Assembly (NCBI GenBank): GCA_018065485.1
Contig: JAGHTF010000007.1
Location: 1 to 61,535 of the forward strand
Length of the DNA stretch: 61,535 bases
Origin: Candidatus Cryptobacteroides fimicaballi
GTDB taxonomy: Bacteria; Bacteroidota; Bacteroidia; Bacteroidales; UBA932
Direction: 5' to 3'
Shown: positions 21,219 through 33,917 of the stretch, one piece after another
Layout of the letters: each line of letters begins with the position of its first letter
Position numbering within the stretch: the stretch's first letter is position 1
Made by a program: the position numbers and the translations under genes
The notes under the pieces: generated by a model
Told to the model about the DNA's origin: nothing
What the model saw: only the letters and a program-made list of their open reading frames with translations
Databases searched by the model: none

Positions 21219-21988
21219 ATCACACCCTCCTGAGCGGCAGCACTCGATTTATTGTCAAACAGAGAAGTTATGCCAATAATAACCAGCATGATAAGCGAAA
21301 GTGCGGCTCCGTAATTCCACATCGAAGAATTGATGTTTTCCTGAATGATGGTACCGAAAAGCTTTATCTTGCTGTTGGTCAGGAATTCCGAAATGGCAAA
21401 AGTGGAAACCGTAGGCATAAAAACCATCATTACACCGCTTATCACTCCCGGCATCGACAAAGGAAGAGTAACCTTAAGGAAAACCTTCGAAGGAGTAGCT
21501 CCAAGGTCCTCGGCTGCCTCGGCATAGGACGGGTCTATCTTCTGTAAAATATTGTAGATGGGATAGACCATAAAAGGCAGATAGTCGTACGCCATACCGT
21601 AGAGAAGCGTTCCCTTGCCAAGTTCCACTCCAAGCATATTGAAGAGTTCGGCGGTAGCCAGTGTTCTCATAAGGGCGTTTATCCACATAGGCAGGATAAA
21701 CAGTATTATGGTTACAGTACTGCGGTTGTATTTCCTGTTGGCCAGAATCCAGGCGGCCGGATACCCGAGAAGAAGGCAGATGAGGGTATTCTCGACTGCC
21801 ACTTCCAAGGACAACGCAAAAGTCGACAACGCATCCGAATCCGAGAAGAACCGGCCGATATTATCCAATGTGAAACGACCCGAACTGTCCTGCAGGGCAT
21901 AAACAGCGATAAGCACAAGGGGCAATGCTACAAAAAGCAGCAGAAAGATAAAATAGGGCAGGCTCCAGCCGGATCGCTTAATCTTCAT
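21215..21988 (-). CDS. potB: Polyamine ABC transporter permease
   Basis: [23 protein letters not shown]. Confidence 0.9.
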   Translation of the reverse strand: MKIKRSGWSLPYFIFLLLFVALPLVLIAVYALQDSSGRFTLDNIGRFFSDSDALSTFALSLEVAVENTLICLLLGYPAAWILANRKYNRSTVTIILFILPMWINALMRTLATAELFNMLGVELGKGTLLYGMAYDYLPFMVYPIYNILQKIDPSYAEAAEDLGATPSKVFLKVTLPLSMPGVISGVMMVFMPTVSTFAISEFLTNSKIKLFGTIIQENINSSMWNYGAALSLIMLVIIGITSLFDNKSSAAAQEGVI

Positions 21989-23360
21989 TTATCTCAACAA
22001 TCTTTATGTCCTTTGGTTCAATTCTGACACCTACCAGATCCCTTTTGTCCCAAACGTCGTTGGTGTTTACATAAATATGTTTTCTCTTGTCTGTGAGAAC
22101 AGTCAGATGATAATGGTCTCCCTTATAGATGATGGAATATACCTGCCCCGCTGCCGAACCTTCCTCCTGATGATCCAGGATATCGATTTTGTCGAAAGCG
22201 ACCTCGGCCCTGACCTTTGTTCCAGGGGCAATTTCCGTAGGCAGGCACTCGAACTCCCCATCCAGCATTTCGAGATGGGTGGAATCCAGCACTGTGGCAT
22301 CGAAAGCATTGCAGGTCCGCTCCTTCTTCATTACCTGGATGTTCTCAGGAAGTATATTTATTCCCACCAAGTCTCCGACTTCAAACTTGCGGTAATCGTG
22401 AGCCATAAGTTCATAGCCCTTGTCGGTATTCAGAAACAGCTGGTAATACACACCTTTGAAAGTACAGGAAGTAATTGTTCCGAAGAACAGTCCCTTCTGG
22501 ATATCCTTCTTTATATTCACGTCCTCGGGGCGCACTACGACCTCGACCGGGGTATTCTCTCCGAATCCCTCGTCAACGCAGTTGAACTCCTCGTCAATGA
22601 ACCGGACCCTTCGGTCGCACACCATAGTGCCGTCCAGAATGTTGGAATCACCGATAAAATCGGCCACGAACGAATTCACAGGTTCATTATATATGTCGGC
22701 AGGCGTGCCTATCTGCTGAATCCGACCCTCGTTCAGGACCACAATGGTATCGCTCAGGGTAAGAGCCTCCTCCTGGTCGTGAGTAACATAAATGAAGGTA
22801 ATGCCGAGTTTCTCGTGCATCTCCTTAAGCTCGATCTGCATGTCCTTGCGCATCTTCAGGTCAAGTGCGGCAAGGGGTTCATCCAACAGCAGAACCTTGG
22901 GCTGGTTCACAAGAGCCCGGGCAATGGCAACTCTCTGCTGCTGACCACCGGAAAGAGAATCCACGTCACGTTCTTCATAATCTTCCATATTGACAAGACG
23001 CAGCACCTTGCGCACCTTGGCATCTATGTCTTTTTGCGGAACGTTCTTCAACTTGAGCCCGAATGCAATGTTGTCATACACGTCCAGATGAGGGAACAGC
23101 GCATAACGCTGGAACACTGTATTCAACGGCCTCTGATAAGGAGGCAGTTCCACTATGTCCTTTCCGTCCAGCAATATCTTCCCCTCATCAGGAGCGAGAA
23201 AGCCCGCGATGAGACGGAGGATCGTTGTTTTTCCACATCCCGAAGGTCCCAACAGGGTGACGAACTCACCCTTGCGGACCTTGATGTTGATATCGTGCAG
23301 CACTTTCTTGTCTCCGAAAGACTTGCTCAGATGCTGAAGATCGATTATATAATTTTCCAT
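21978..23360 (-). CDS. potA: Polyamine ABC transporter ATP-binding subunit
   Basis: [31 protein letters not shown]; extended TOBE-like C-terminus. Confidence 0.93.
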   Translation of the reverse strand: MENYIIDLQHLSKSFGDKKVLHDINIKVRKGEFVTLLGPSGCGKTTILRLIAGFLAPDEGKILLDGKDIVELPPYQRPLNTVFQRYALFPHLDVYDNIAFGLKLKNVPQKDIDAKVRKVLRLVNMEDYEERDVDSLSGGQQQRVAIARALVNQPKVLLLDEPLAALDLKMRKDMQIELKEMHEKLGITFIYVTHDQEEALTLSDTIVVLNEGRIQQIGTPADIYNEPVNSFVADFIGDSNILDGTMVCDRRVRFIDEEFNCVDEGFGENTPVEVVVRPEDVNIKKDIQKGLFFGTITSCTFKGVYYQLFLNTDKGYELMAHDYRKFEVGDLVGINILPENIQVMKKERTCNAFDATVLDSTHLEMLDGEFECLPTEIAPGTKVRAEVAFDKIDILDHQEEGSAAGQVYSIIYKGDHYHLTVLTDKRKHIYVNTNDVWDKRDLVGVRIEPKDIKIVEINED

Positions 23361-23413
23361 TTTACACCCGGGGCGAAAGTTGCTGTTTTTTCGCGGAGCA
23401 AATATACAAAAAA

Positions 23414-26260
23414 TTATTGTGAATAATCCACCCAGCGACCACCTTCACTATTGGGCACAAAACAGCCGAGCCAACGGCATTTTCCATTGGAATCCTTGTT
23501 TCTATCAATATACATATTAGAATTGTTCCTGAATTTCCAAGGATCGTTGTTGTAAGGTTGGATCAAATAACTTTCATTGGCTGAAATTTCCAACTTATAA
23601 GCAGACATAAAATCAATGCAGTCCTGAAGTGTCATATTCTCGTATGTCCTGGATTTCATCGTGGGCCAGAGTTCCCTTACGGTATGAGCCGCGCCGCCCA
23701 ACCAGGATGACTTCCAACTCTCCCTCATATTGAAAAGGTTATCCAGAGTTCCTGCGGAATTCGTATCCGAAAGAGGCCCGCGCCCGCCTTGCGACGTAAC
23801 TGCGCTGCGCCAGCAATCCTTCCAGCACAATCGGACAACTGCGTCCAGTATATCATTTCCAACGGGCTCGAAGACCAGACCTACTCCAAAATATCCTACT
23901 ATTGTAACATAATAATCGTAACTGATTTCCTCTCCACTGAAAGCATTGGCAACTATAGCCCTGACATATTGTGATCCAATGTCTTCTCCCAGATATTTTT
24001 CCTGTTCCTCCCGGGGAAAGAAAATATGGAATGCACTTTCTTCGATTCTCGGATTCCTCTCGCCCAACTCGATAACCGGCTTCATTTTTCCGGAATATTC
24101 GAAACGGGTATTGCTCGGCAATGATATCAATCTTATCCGGGTGTCGATTGAATTGCCGCTGCTGTTATCGGAAAGACTTGTCAAATTAAAGGCAGGCACC
24201 TCACCGAGACTTTGAAATGGTGACAACAGATAGACATCAAACTGTTCCTTTGCAGGCATACCCTTATATCGGATGTAGAAACTGCCCACATAATTATTGC
24301 CGGGATTGGCATAATCCAATATGAACTTTTCTCCGTTAAAAATTTTCTTGACACACAGTTGCATCGTATACGGATTCATATCCAGAAAGACTTCCGGACT
24401 GAAATCTCCATAGGGCGACCAGGAAACCGTAGCGGGAAAATACATTTCAAGTCTTTGCGGATCAAAATCACACTTGTCCAGTTCCTCTCCGGTTTCATCA
24501 TCCATAATAGTGATATCCAAATCCAACGGTGCACCATCAATGCATGCTGTAGTAGGCGCTCCCGAAATCCAACTGGAATATATATAAATCTTTCCTACAT
24601 TCAGGCTCACATCTATCTGCGGGTCGTCAGAGGGTCTGGAACTCTTCAGAGACACGACTGCCTGTCCCTCTTTTTTCCCATATATGACAGAAGGGTCATT
24701 CTCATCGATATCCAGGCACTCTGCTCCCGATATGATTTCCACGGAATATGTACCCAACGCATTGAGCACATTCAGCTTACGTTTCTGCGCTACATATAAT
24801 CGACAAGAATCTGTCTCAAAGGTACACTCCGGCAGCACGGTCAGTCTCAACTTCTTTGTATGGGACGCTCTGCCCGGGGATAGGAAAAATTCCAGTTCAT
24901 ACTCCTTCCCCGCCTCAATGTCAGCCCCGCTGTCAATGCTGAAGCATAATTCACCGGTAGCTGAATTCATTGAAATGGAAATTCCGTCATTCTTGAGAAG
25001 TTCCGGCAGAGAAAGGAAATCCCGATCAGAACTCACCACATTGGAGGCCCAGTTGAGCCGGACAAACGAATCTTCAATCTCTTCTGTCAGATAGCCGCAG
25101 TTCACGGCCTTCTGAAACATATTCTGCTCCCCACCATCGGTATTCATAAACAGTCTTACCACCGCAGGATGATTCGGTCTTAGAGCTATTGCCGAGCCGT
25201 CCGGGATAACTTCCCCGACCGAGTTCAAAAGGCTCAGGACCCTGGTGTCGGTCCAGTCATTGCCATGGCTCACTTTCCAATCGGGATGCAACAGATTGTC
25301 TGGAACAAGTTCAACGTCCAGATTGTAAACCTCGTTCCTCTTCAGAGAAAAATCGGAAACATTGTCTCTTCCAAGGTACATACGATAAAGCAGGCTTCCT
25401 CCAATTCCTCCGGCAGACGGCTCAAGCATTGCAGTGAATTCGACATACGTTGCCAAAGACGGATTCTCTCCTGCCGACAGCAGCGATTGCTCTGTCTTTT
25501 TATGAGGGTCCGAGTTATTGGGAAGTAGCTGTCCCTGCATATTTTCCGGCACATAAAACACGAAATCACTGACTCCCGCTGACATATCGGGGTCATAATC
25601 GGAAACAGAAAGGATATCCGTAGTACCGGCAGCCCGGCTTCCTCCTCCGTCAAACGGCCTCAGGAGCCCGTTCGCATTTCGGATATGAAGTTCTACGTTC
25701 CTGAAAAGCGCAGGGTCGTTCTGCTGCTTTCCGGTTATTCCCATATGGGAAATATGCACGTTTATTTTGCACAACAGACGTTCCAGTTCAATATCAAGGT
25801 CCGAATCCGCGGAAAAACTCCGGGCATCCAACTTCGCACAAGAGGGTATCCCATTGGTATTTATGGACTCGTAGGACGGGATTCTGTATTCCCACCTTTC
25901 CATATCCTTTTCGTCCTCCGGTATCCGGAGCGCCGACGGGTTCTCAAGGTTTGCAAGAAAATACAGATTATATGGTGTATCCTTGACGAGGGATAACCTG
26001 TCCGAACTGCCGCACACAAAGGTTTTGTCAAGCTTTCCTGATTTGCTGAAGTATGCGGCCACCACAATCGAACTTAATTTCGTCTCTATTCCGGGGGTAG
26101 AAAGAATCGATTTCGTTTCAATGGAATATCCGGTATTACAGGAAAAGTCCAATGAAATCCTTTCTTTGTCACAAGCCGTACCGGGTTCCCTGAAACAGGA
26201 TACGAGCACAGCGGCTGCAAGAATCAGTTGCAGCGAATTTATGAAGTTTCTCAGTTTCAT
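23414..26260 (-). CDS. Large fimbrial-type lipoprotein, probable type V pilus tip/ancillary subunit (DUF4906-like)
   Basis: Lipobox LVSC, ETKS processing-like motif, [34 protein letters not shown]...DFSLKRN pilin-fold motifs, then a long non-pilin C-terminus. Confidence 0.72.
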   Translation of the reverse strand: MKLRNFINSLQLILAAAVLVSCFREPGTACDKERISLDFSCNTGYSIETKSILSTPGIETKLSSIVVAAYFSKSGKLDKTFVCGSSDRLSLVKDTPYNLYFLANLENPSALRIPEDEKDMERWEYRIPSYESINTNGIPSCAKLDARSFSADSDLDIELERLLCKINVHISHMGITGKQQNDPALFRNVELHIRNANGLLRPFDGGGSRAAGTTDILSVSDYDPDMSAGVSDFVFYVPENMQGQLLPNNSDPHKKTEQSLLSAGENPSLATYVEFTAMLEPSAGGIGGSLLYRMYLGRDNVSDFSLKRNEVYNLDVELVPDNLLHPDWKVSHGNDWTDTRVLSLLNSVGEVIPDGSAIALRPNHPAVVRLFMNTDGGEQNMFQKAVNCGYLTEEIEDSFVRLNWASNVVSSDRDFLSLPELLKNDGISISMNSATGELCFSIDSGADIEAGKEYELEFFLSPGRASHTKKLRLTVLPECTFETDSCRLYVAQKRKLNVLNALGTYSVEIISGAECLDIDENDPSVIYGKKEGQAVVSLKSSRPSDDPQIDVSLNVGKIYIYSSWISGAPTTACIDGAPLDLDITIMDDETGEELDKCDFDPQRLEMYFPATVSWSPYGDFSPEVFLDMNPYTMQLCVKKIFNGEKFILDYANPGNNYVGSFYIRYKGMPAKEQFDVYLLSPFQSLGEVPAFNLTSLSDNSSGNSIDTRIRLISLPSNTRFEYSGKMKPVIELGERNPRIEESAFHIFFPREEQEKYLGEDIGSQYVRAIVANAFSGEEISYDYYVTIVGYFGVGLVFEPVGNDILDAVVRLCWKDCWRSAVTSQGGRGPLSDTNSAGTLDNLFNMRESWKSSWLGGAAHTVRELWPTMKSRTYENMTLQDCIDFMSAYKLEISANESYLIQPYNNDPWKFRNNSNMYIDRNKDSNGKCRWLGCFVPNSEGGRWVDYSQ

Positions 26261-26272
26261 ATAGGCAGTATA

Positions 26273-27031
26273 TTATATGGTAAACTCAAAGGTCCTACCC
26301 TCGCCTGATTCTGCCAGGCAGATGGTGACCCTGCTCTGAATGTAATCTATGACAAGTTCTATGTCGGACAAATCCCGGGCTGTCCAGTCGAATCCCGAGT
26401 CTTTTATGTATTCCCCTATGGGAATCAGCCCTATCCCGGCCAGATCCATTGTCAGAGAATCGTCTGTCTGACGCGGCACAGAGGCTCTGCAGAATTCTCC
26501 GAATATGGGATGAAGCGTTACCTCGTATTCCCCTTTGATCGGTTTCAGAGTTTTCAGGTCCACACCGGCAGTATTCCCTTTAACGATTATATTCTGCGGC
26601 ATCTGTGCCGATGAAAGGCATAAAATACGGACATTGATAAAAGCAAATTGCCTGTGCATGGCAACCGATCCTAGCACTGTGTCTGCAAGAGCTTCCAACT
26701 GCACGCTTCCTGCATAGAGTTCATCCATTTCCTCCCCTTTTTCAAGAAGCAGATCTCCGCTCCCGGGCAGATTATGCTTGAGTCCGCAATATGCCGACAT
26801 CGTGAAATAGCCTCTGGGAATATTTATCCTGTGACGCCCTGTCCCATTGTATGAATTGATATTGCACGAACTCACCAATTCCCCGCTCCATATCCCTACA
26901 ACAGTCCTGGAGTCGTTCCCGCCTGAAAGAGCGATATCCAACAGGCAGGGACATTCCATACGGTTTTCCTTTACAGAGCAGGAGAGCACCGACAAGGCTG
27001 CTGACAAAACATAGAAAAACCTTCTGTTCAT
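26273..27031 (-). CDS. FimB/Mfa2-like fimbrial anchor lipoprotein
   Basis: Lipobox VLSC followed by SVKENRMECPC (CxxxxxxxCP pattern of Mfa2-like anchors), VPRQ, FDW. Confidence 0.65.
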   Translation of the reverse strand: MNRRFFYVLSAALSVLSCSVKENRMECPCLLDIALSGGNDSRTVVGIWSGELVSSCNINSYNGTGRHRINIPRGYFTMSAYCGLKHNLPGSGDLLLEKGEEMDELYAGSVQLEALADTVLGSVAMHRQFAFINVRILCLSSAQMPQNIIVKGNTAGVDLKTLKPIKGEYEVTLHPIFGEFCRASVPRQTDDSLTMDLAGIGLIPIGEYIKDSGFDWTARDLSDIELVIDYIQSRVTICLAESGEGRTFEFTI

Positions 27032-27032
27032 A

Positions 27033-27986
27033 TCAAACAATCTCCTGAATATTATTCGGCTCCGCATTCCAACCGGCCACCTTTACAGAGAACGACATTT
27101 CGGAACTTACCACAGGCTTGTCCTCCGAATCCGAACCGGGTCGGGTGATTTCGATGTTTGTGACCGTATAGACCTTGTTCGACTGAAGTTCGCCGAGATC
27201 TACCGGATAATAGTATGTCGTATTACCCAGAGTCGCCTTGATGACAAGTCTCGTAGGAGTGGCCGTGCCGTTGGGGTAGGCATAGAACGTATGTGCTGCC
27301 GAATAAACGTTGTCCGACACGGCAGCATTGACGCAATCTCCTGTAAGAGTATAACCTTTATTCCAACTGTCGGGTGTATATGCATCATAAAAGCGGCACT
27401 TCTGTGCAACGTTTGTAAGATATATCGAATCCAGTCTGAATGTCAGAGAGTCATACACCGGAGCAGTAAAGTTCGTGGTTATCTTGGAAAGGACGACTTT
27501 TGCCACAAGTCGGGATACCGTAATTTCCACGCTTGTGGTAGCGGGAATCGATACGGACGCTTCTCCCGACATCACAAAATTCGAGGATGTGTTGTCGCTG
27601 AAATCCGAAAGCGCCGACTGCAGGTCCTGCAGACTGCTCACCCTGGAAGAATCGGCCTTGCTGTTGACCAGCACCTTGAATACTTTGTTTCCCGGTGAAA
27701 GGCGCATAGTCGGGACAGTGGATGCACCGTTGTAAAAGGATTCCAGCCTATTACCGTTGTCTGCATCAAACACATAAACCTGCACATTGTTTACCTGCTC
27801 TTCCTGACCCGCGGACATAGATTTTGTACGCGGAGCATTTATTGATAGCGAAACCTCGAAAAGCCCGTCATCCTGCCCCTGATTCCGGCCTGCCGGATTA
27901 TGCAAATATGAATCTGCCTTGTTACAGGATACCGCCAGGGTTACAACTGTTAAGGCAAATATGATAGAATGAATATAAGTTTTCAT
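27033..27986 (-). CDS. Major type V pilin-like lipoprotein (FimA/Mfa1-like)
   Basis: Lipobox AVSC, RTKS motif, EEQVNNVQVYVFD, FVMSG, VSRLVAKV, FYAYPN, TRLVIKA...YYYPV, C-terminal V..W strand. Confidence 0.75.
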   Translation of the reverse strand: MKTYIHSIIFALTVVTLAVSCNKADSYLHNPAGRNQGQDDGLFEVSLSINAPRTKSMSAGQEEQVNNVQVYVFDADNGNRLESFYNGASTVPTMRLSPGNKVFKVLVNSKADSSRVSSLQDLQSALSDFSDNTSSNFVMSGEASVSIPATTSVEITVSRLVAKVVLSKITTNFTAPVYDSLTFRLDSIYLTNVAQKCRFYDAYTPDSWNKGYTLTGDCVNAAVSDNVYSAAHTFYAYPNGTATPTRLVIKATLGNTTYYYPVDLGELQSNKVYTVTNIEITRPGSDSEDKPVVSSEMSFSVKVAGWNAEPNNIQEIV

Positions 27987-27988
27987 TT

Positions 27989-29239
27989 TCAGTCGTTTAG
28001 TTTGTATTTGTTTTTCAAATTCCGGATTTCAGGGTCCAGATTTCCCCTATAAATAAAGCTTCTGTCCACCGCACAGGCCTTTTGATAGCAGTCCAATGCT
28101 TTGATTTCATCTCCCATACGGCACAGTAGAAGAGCTGTCAGATATTCTACCTTAGGCTGTCGTTCCAGCACAGACAGCACATCCAGCGCTTTCCTGTTAT
28201 AGTTGAGTGCGGCGTATGCCAGTGCCGCATTGAAATCGGCATAAGGAGCGAGGTCAGCGATTGCCATCCTGTAGCGCCGGTTTCTCAAATGGTCGAGAGC
28301 CCTTATGTACAGGCTGTCACCATCCCGTTCGGGAACGTCCACTGCCATTGTGCTCAAAGAACTGACATAAAATGTCAAAGGTCCGCTCCTGGGGAGAGCA
28401 TAAAGTTTTTCCCCTATTCCGTGAATGTCCGCCGCCATAATCAACTTGAATTTCTTAACCGTCGGAGACAGAGTCAGCGACTGCACATATTCGTAAGTCA
28501 TATCGCCGGAGTTTTCCACGCAAACGGTATCCAGCCTCAGGCCTGAAGAGCAGAAAGGTTCTCTGACCACTTTCTCAAACACCTCATCCTTTCGAAGAAT
28601 CTTTCTGTCGTTCAGTCCTTTTCTCACCTTATCCGTATAATGATCTACAGCCACATTGCGATAGCGCTCGGAATAATTCCCGGACCTGGAAAGGAATATG
28701 CCCAGTTCCCGTTTCCATACGAATTCCGACGGATCGTCGATGATGCCGCTCAGATATCTTTCATATCGCTCATACCCCTGCTTCTGCTTTCGGCGGAACT
28801 CCTCTCCTGTCACATAAATGCGTTCCAGATGCATTGAGTCGTCTTCGAAAATGAGCATTGGAGAAAAGCGGACCTGCCACCTTGAATCCAGGATTGACGC
28901 GGGGGCGGTTATGTTGAATTTTATATCCACTGTTCCTCCTCTTTCCGCCACATTCCTGAAGGTCTCTATTTTTATGACCGGGGCTATTTCGTCCTGAGCC
29001 ACAAGTTCTCCGGACTCATCCCTTGCAGCATTCATCACCAGAGAGTGCCGTTCGTTGTCCAGCCCCACAAGTGTTACTTCGGATTTCATCGCCGGATTGT
29101 CCGTTTGCCTGACCGCTACGTCATTGGGGAGGCTGATTCCCGCGTGGCTTCCTTCCGACTCGAGTTTCCTGAGTTTGTTTCCTGTAGAGCAGGACAACAG
29201 AAAGACAATCGCTACCGCAATATACGGAGTTCCCTTCAT
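27989..29239 (-). CDS. Lipoprotein with C-terminal TPR-like repeats, pilus-cluster associated
   Basis: Lipobox LLSC; FRNVAERGG, FYVSSLS, TPR-like helices, RGNLDPEI; abuts the pilin gene. Confidence 0.6.
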   Translation of the reverse strand: MKGTPYIAVAIVFLLSCSTGNKLRKLESEGSHAGISLPNDVAVRQTDNPAMKSEVTLVGLDNERHSLVMNAARDESGELVAQDEIAPVIKIETFRNVAERGGTVDIKFNITAPASILDSRWQVRFSPMLIFEDDSMHLERIYVTGEEFRRKQKQGYERYERYLSGIIDDPSEFVWKRELGIFLSRSGNYSERYRNVAVDHYTDKVRKGLNDRKILRKDEVFEKVVREPFCSSGLRLDTVCVENSGDMTYEYVQSLTLSPTVKKFKLIMAADIHGIGEKLYALPRSGPLTFYVSSLSTMAVDVPERDGDSLYIRALDHLRNRRYRMAIADLAPYADFNAALAYAALNYNRKALDVLSVLERQPKVEYLTALLLCRMGDEIKALDCYQKACAVDRSFIYRGNLDPEIRNLKNKYKLND

Positions 29240-29242
29240 ACG

Positions 29243-29593
29243 TCAGAATTCACATTGCAGTGGCTCTTCTCCATCGAGTAGGACAAGAGAAGACGGAACT
29301 ATTTCGTATATGCTGTGTTCCTGCTGGTCTTCTCCTACAAATTTCTGGCTCCGGAGCCGACCGCACACATACACCTTGCTGCCTTTTGTAATTTTTGTCA
29401 GGTCTGTTATTCCTTTCCCCTGCCAGGCATTGACCGTATGCCAGGTGGTTTCTATCACGGCTCCGCCGTCCCTGTCTTTGTAAGCATAATTCGTTGCCAC
29501 CGTAAAACGGGCAACTGTACGGTTATTCGCCACCGTCTGGACTTTGATACTCCCTACGTTTCCACGAAGTTCGATCCGATTCAACTGTTCCAT
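29243..29593 (-). CDS. ssb: Single-stranded DNA-binding protein, short paralog
   Basis: LNRIELRGNVG, FTVATN, TTWH, KGSKVYVCGRL OB fold; 116 aa with no long linker or DDLPF tail. Confidence 0.85.
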   Translation of the reverse strand: MEQLNRIELRGNVGSIKVQTVANNRTVARFTVATNYAYKDRDGGAVIETTWHTVNAWQGKGITDLTKITKGSKVYVCGRLRSQKFVGEDQQEHSIYEIVPSSLVLLDGEEPLQCEF

Positions 29594-29821
29594 AAAGTTT
29601 TTCGTTTTTAGTTTAAAATTAAGGCTGTCGCGCGATTCAGCCGACTGCAAAGGAAAGTCAAAAAACCGGGATTCCGCTTATAAAAAAATACAACCGACAA
29701 ACTTTATGTCTTTTTTAAAGTTTAATAAGATTCTACAAATCAATAAAGTTCGCGGCAAGCGTTTTTCTTTATTTCCACATTGCCGATTCTTTTGCATTTT
29801 TGCCCTCCAAAAACAAACGGT

Positions 29822-30238
29822 ATGGCCTATAAAATATCAGAAGACGAACATAAATCCTGTCTGGAATGCGGCGGAAGCCTGTACGGCAGGCCGGACAAAA
29901 AATTTTGCAGCAACGGATGCAAGAATCGCTTCCACAACCGTCGCTACAACGATGAGAGAAAAATAATAGAGCGCACCTTGAATGCGCTCTATAGAAATCA
30001 CGAATATCTTAACTGCCTGCTTAAAGCAGGGATACAGTCTATCGACATCGATGTCGCAAAGATGTCCGGCTTCCGGCCTGAATCCATAACCGGCTACAGG
30101 AAAACCCGTTCACGACACAGCGAATGCAGTTGCTTCGACATAAGGTACTGCATCACTGAACAGAAAATCTTCCGTATCCGCAAAATGGAGATAGGGTCCT
30201 ATTCTGAAACTGACTCAGGCTCCGGTTCTGCACGATAA
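29822..30238 (+). CDS. Zn-ribbon hypothetical protein
   Basis: CLECG..LYGRPDKKFCSNGCKN four-Cys motif. Confidence 0.7.
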   Translation: MAYKISEDEHKSCLECGGSLYGRPDKKFCSNGCKNRFHNRRYNDERKIIERTLNALYRNHEYLNCLLKAGIQSIDIDVAKMSGFRPESITGYRKTRSRHSECSCFDIRYCITEQKIFRIRKMEIGSYSETDSGSGSAR

Positions 30239-30633
30239 GCCGGCTCCTCTGACTTGAACATATGGCAGGTGCCGTTTACACTTGCACCCATTTCCACGTG
30301 AAGTTTTCTGGCATTGATGTCACCGTCTATAGATGCCGTACTCTTTACACAAAGGACATCACTTACATACATATTTCCCACGATAGTACCGCAGAAATCA
30401 ACGGTGGAGCATTCAATGTCTCCCTTTATCACGGCCTTCTCACCTATAGTAAGATGTCCGGTTCCAGAAATTTTTCCCTCTACAGTGCCGTCTATCCTCA
30501 AGTTTCCGTTTGAAACAATCTCACCTTTAATGGTGGTTGAAGAAGTAATCTGGCTGACCTCGTTAGGAATGGCAGGTGTTTCAGGCTCTCCCTTGGAGAC
30601 CTGAGAACTAAAATTAGATGATGTCTTTACCAT
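30199..30633 (-). CDS. Bactofilin (polymer-forming cytoskeletal protein)
   Basis: [31 protein letters not shown] beta-helix repeats; start ATG 30633 inferred. Confidence 0.85.
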   Translation of the reverse strand: MVKTSSNFSSQVSKGEPETPAIPNEVSQITSSTTIKGEIVSNGNLRIDGTVEGKISGTGHLTIGEKAVIKGDIECSTVDFCGTIVGNMYVSDVLCVKSTASIDGDINARKLHVEMGASVNGTCHMFKSEEPAYRAEPEPESVSE

Positions 30634-33600
30634 GGCAGTTTTTATATTTTTTCCCGCTGCCGCAAGGGCAAGGGTCGTTTCTTCCAACTTTCTTCTCCAC
30701 TTTGACGGGAGTGTTGGCCTTCTGCTCTCCATTGGTCACAAGATCCGAATGACGGGCCTGCATCCTGCTCATATCCGTTCTTCTCTGAACCGCGTGTCTG
30801 GGTGCTTCATTGGCATCTGACAAAGGGACGAATGACCTCAGGAGGAATGTAAGCACATCCAGATTGAGAGATTCGAGCATCCCCGCAAAGAGATTGTAGC
30901 TCTCCAATTTATAGACAACGATAGGATCCTTTTGCTCATAGGAAGCATTCTGAACACTCTGCTTGAGGTCATCCATTTCTCTCAGATGCTCTTTCCAGTG
31001 CTCATCTATCTGATACAGGATCACATTCTTGGTAAGGGTCTTTACGATTTCCTTTCCGTCGGAATTGTATGCCTTCTCAAGGTTCACGGACAGGGTCATC
31101 GTCTTGCGTCCGTCGGATATCGGAATTGCAATATTCTGATACATCTCTCCCTGCTTCTCGTAAACGTTCCGGAGAATAGGCATTACCTTTTCGACGGTAG
31201 CATCCATCCTGCGTTGATACGTGCGGGTCATCACTTCACACAGACGGCTGACCTTATCGTTGGACTTGAATGCCTCGTACTCCTGCGGTTCAAAATCCGG
31301 ATCGATGGAAAGCTTTGACATTACAGTGTCCCGGAAATCCTCGTAGCTCAACCCCTTGCAGGAATCCACAATCAAGGATGCCGTATCGAAAATCATATTC
31401 TGCAAGTCTATCTCCACCTTTTCTCCGCTTATCGCGTTTCTGCGGCGGGAATAGATAGCCTCTCTCTGATAGTTCATCACATCGTCATACTCCAGCAGCC
31501 GCTTACGGATACCGAAGTTGTTCTCCTCCACCTTCTGCTGAGCCTTCTCAATGGCATTCGAAAGCATTCCGCTTTCCATTGCGTCATTCTCCGCCATTCC
31601 AAGCCTGTCAACCATAGATGCAATCCGTTCCGAACCGAACAGGCGCATAAGCTTGTCTTCCAGCGAGATATAGAATGTAGACGAACCCGGGTCTCCCTGA
31701 CGGCCGGCACGTCCCCTGAGCTGACGGTCCACACGGCGGGAATCGTGTCTTTCGGTGCCGATGATTGCAAGTCCTCCTGCGGCCTTGACCTCCGGAGAGA
31801 GCTTGATATCGGTACCACGTCCGGCCATATTCGCGGCGATGGTGACCGTACTGCTCTGACCGGCCTGTGCAACTATCTCGGCCTCTCTTGCGTGTTCCTT
31901 TGCATTCAGCACGTTGTGCCTGATTCCACGGAGTTTCAAGAGCCTGCTGAGCAGTTCGGATGTCTCCACATCGGTGGTTCCAACCAGAACCGGGCGCCCC
32001 TGGGCCGAAAGTTCTGCGATCCTGTCGATTACAGCATTGTACTTGGCTTTCTTGGTCTTATAGATGATATCGTCCTGATCATCACGGGCAATGGGACGGT
32101 TGGTAGGGATTACCATCACGTCCAGCTTATAGATACTCCAGAACTCGCCTGCCTCGGTTTCGGCCGTACCGGTCATACCGGCAAGCTTGTGATACATTCT
32201 GAAATAATTCTGCAGAGTGATTGTAGCGAAAGTCTGGGTAGCGGCCTCAACCTTCACGTTCTCCTTGGCTTCAACAGCCTGATGAAGTCCGTCGGACCAC
32301 CTGCGGCCCTCCATAATACGGCCGGTGGACTCGTCGACAATCTTCACCTTCTCCACACCGTTCTCGTTCACCAGCACGTAATCCACATCCTTCTCGAACA
32401 TAGTGTATGCCTTGAGAAGCTGTATCATCGTGTGCACTCTCTCACTCTTGATCGAGAATTCTTCCAGAACAGCGTCTTTGCGGTGCTGCTTTTCCATCGG
32501 CTCCAAATCCAGATGTTCTATTTCAGCCGTAGCTGCCCCTACATCTGGGAGAATGAAGAAACTGTCGTCTCCGACCTGGGATGCAAGCATCTCGTGACCC
32601 TTGTCGGTCATATCCACAGAGTGATGCTGCTCATTTATCACAAAGTACAGAGGATCGGTAACGGTAGGCATTTCCCGCTCGTTGTCCTGCATATAATAGT
32701 TCTCTGTCTTCTGAAGAATGACCTTGATTCCAGGTTCGCTCAGATACTTGATGAGAGGCTGATACTTGGGCAAGCCCTTATGGGCCCTGAGCAGAAGCAG
32801 ACCGCCGTCCTTTTCGTTGCCCTCGGCTATCTTTTTCTTTGCCTCATTCAGAATCTGGTTTACCAGCGCACGCTGGGCCTGGTACAGTTTTTCGACATAG
32901 GGACGGTATTCCATAAACTGGGCGTCGTCCTCGTCCCTGGCCACCGGGCCCGATATGATAAGAGGTGTACGGGCGTCATCGATAAGTACGGAGTCCACCT
33001 CATCCACAATGGCAAAATGGTGCTTACGCTGAACCAGGTCGTCCTGGACGATGACCATATTGTCGCGCAGATAGTCGAAACCGAACTCATTGTTGGTACC
33101 GAAGGTTATGTCACATTCGTAGGCCCTGCGACGGGCGTCGGAGTTGGGCTGATGCTTGTCTATACAGTCCACGCTCAAGCCGTGGAACATATACAGCGGG
33201 CCCATCCATTCCGAATCTCGTTTCGAAAGATAGTCGTTGACCGTAACCATATGCACGCCCTTTCCTGCAAGGGCATTGAGGAATACGGGCAGGGTTGCAA
33301 CCAGGGTCTTACCCTCACCGGTCGCCATTTCCGCAATCTTTCCCTGATGCAGAGCGATACCGCCGACGAGCTGCACGTCATAGTGCACCATATCCCAGAC
33401 AATCTCGTTTCCTCCGGCCTGCCAGTGATTCCGGTATATGGCTTTGTCTCCTTCTATGGTTACGAAATCGTGGTTCACGCTGAGATCCCTGTCGAAATCT
33501 GTTGCCGTTACCTCTATTGTCTCGTTTTCCTTGAAACGGCGAGCAGTGGATTTGACTATCGAGAAAGCCTGGGGCAGAATCGCATCCAAGGCTTTTTCTA

Positions 33601-33898
33601 TCGCTTCATCCTCTTCCTTTACCAACTTGTCCGACTCCGTGGCCAAAGTTTCCTTTTCCGAAAGAGGAATATCCTGTTCGAGTTTCTCTTTGATTTCCCG
33701 TATTCTGGCTTCGAAAGGTTCTTCAACGTCGCGTAATTCCTGCCTAAGTTTTGCAGACAGGGCTCTTATGTCGTCGTTGGAAAGTTTGTCGACCGATTCA
33801 TATGCCGCCAGGACTTTGTCCAGCGTGGGTTTTATTGCCTTGTAATCCCTGTCGGCCTTAGAGCCGAACAGGGTTTTGATAATTCCAGCTACACTCAT
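30614..33898 (-). CDS. secA: Preprotein translocase SecA
   Basis: [42 protein letters not shown]-terminal [18 protein letters not shown]. Confidence 0.98.
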   Translation of the reverse strand: MSVAGIIKTLFGSKADRDYKAIKPTLDKVLAAYESVDKLSNDDIRALSAKLRQELRDVEEPFEARIREIKEKLEQDIPLSEKETLATESDKLVKEEDEAIEKALDAILPQAFSIVKSTARRFKENETIEVTATDFDRDLSVNHDFVTIEGDKAIYRNHWQAGGNEIVWDMVHYDVQLVGGIALHQGKIAEMATGEGKTLVATLPVFLNALAGKGVHMVTVNDYLSKRDSEWMGPLYMFHGLSVDCIDKHQPNSDARRRAYECDITFGTNNEFGFDYLRDNMVIVQDDLVQRKHHFAIVDEVDSVLIDDARTPLIISGPVARDEDDAQFMEYRPYVEKLYQAQRALVNQILNEAKKKIAEGNEKDGGLLLLRAHKGLPKYQPLIKYLSEPGIKVILQKTENYYMQDNEREMPTVTDPLYFVINEQHHSVDMTDKGHEMLASQVGDDSFFILPDVGAATAEIEHLDLEPMEKQHRKDAVLEEFSIKSERVHTMIQLLKAYTMFEKDVDYVLVNENGVEKVKIVDESTGRIMEGRRWSDGLHQAVEAKENVKVEAATQTFATITLQNYFRMYHKLAGMTGTAETEAGEFWSIYKLDVMVIPTNRPIARDDQDDIIYKTKKAKYNAVIDRIAELSAQGRPVLVGTTDVETSELLSRLLKLRGIRHNVLNAKEHAREAEIVAQAGQSSTVTIAANMAGRGTDIKLSPEVKAAGGLAIIGTERHDSRRVDRQLRGRAGRQGDPGSSTFYISLEDKLMRLFGSERIASMVDRLGMAENDAMESGMLSNAIEKAQQKVEENNFGIRKRLLEYDDVMNYQREAIYSRRRNAISGEKVEIDLQNMIFDTASLIVDSCKGLSYEDFRDTVMSKLSIDPDFEPQEYEAFKSNDKVSRLCEVMTRTYQRRMDATVEKVMPILRNVYEKQGEMYQNIAIPISDGRKTMTLSVNLEKAYNSDGKEIVKTLTKNVILYQIDEHWKEHLREMDDLKQSVQNASYEQKDPIVVYKLESYNLFAGMLESLNLDVLTFLLRSFVPLSDANEAPRHAVQRRTDMSRMQARHSDLVTNGEQKANTPVKVEKKVGRNDPCPCGSGKKYKNCHGKDII

Positions 33899-33917
33899 TG
33901 TTATATAAACGGATTTG

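Noticed and set aside
31745-33736. 663-aa ORF antisense to secA (similar long antisense ORFs lie over potA, carB, pdxA and recA)
   Set aside because: These are shadow ORFs expected from codon bias in conserved genes; no recognisable motifs.
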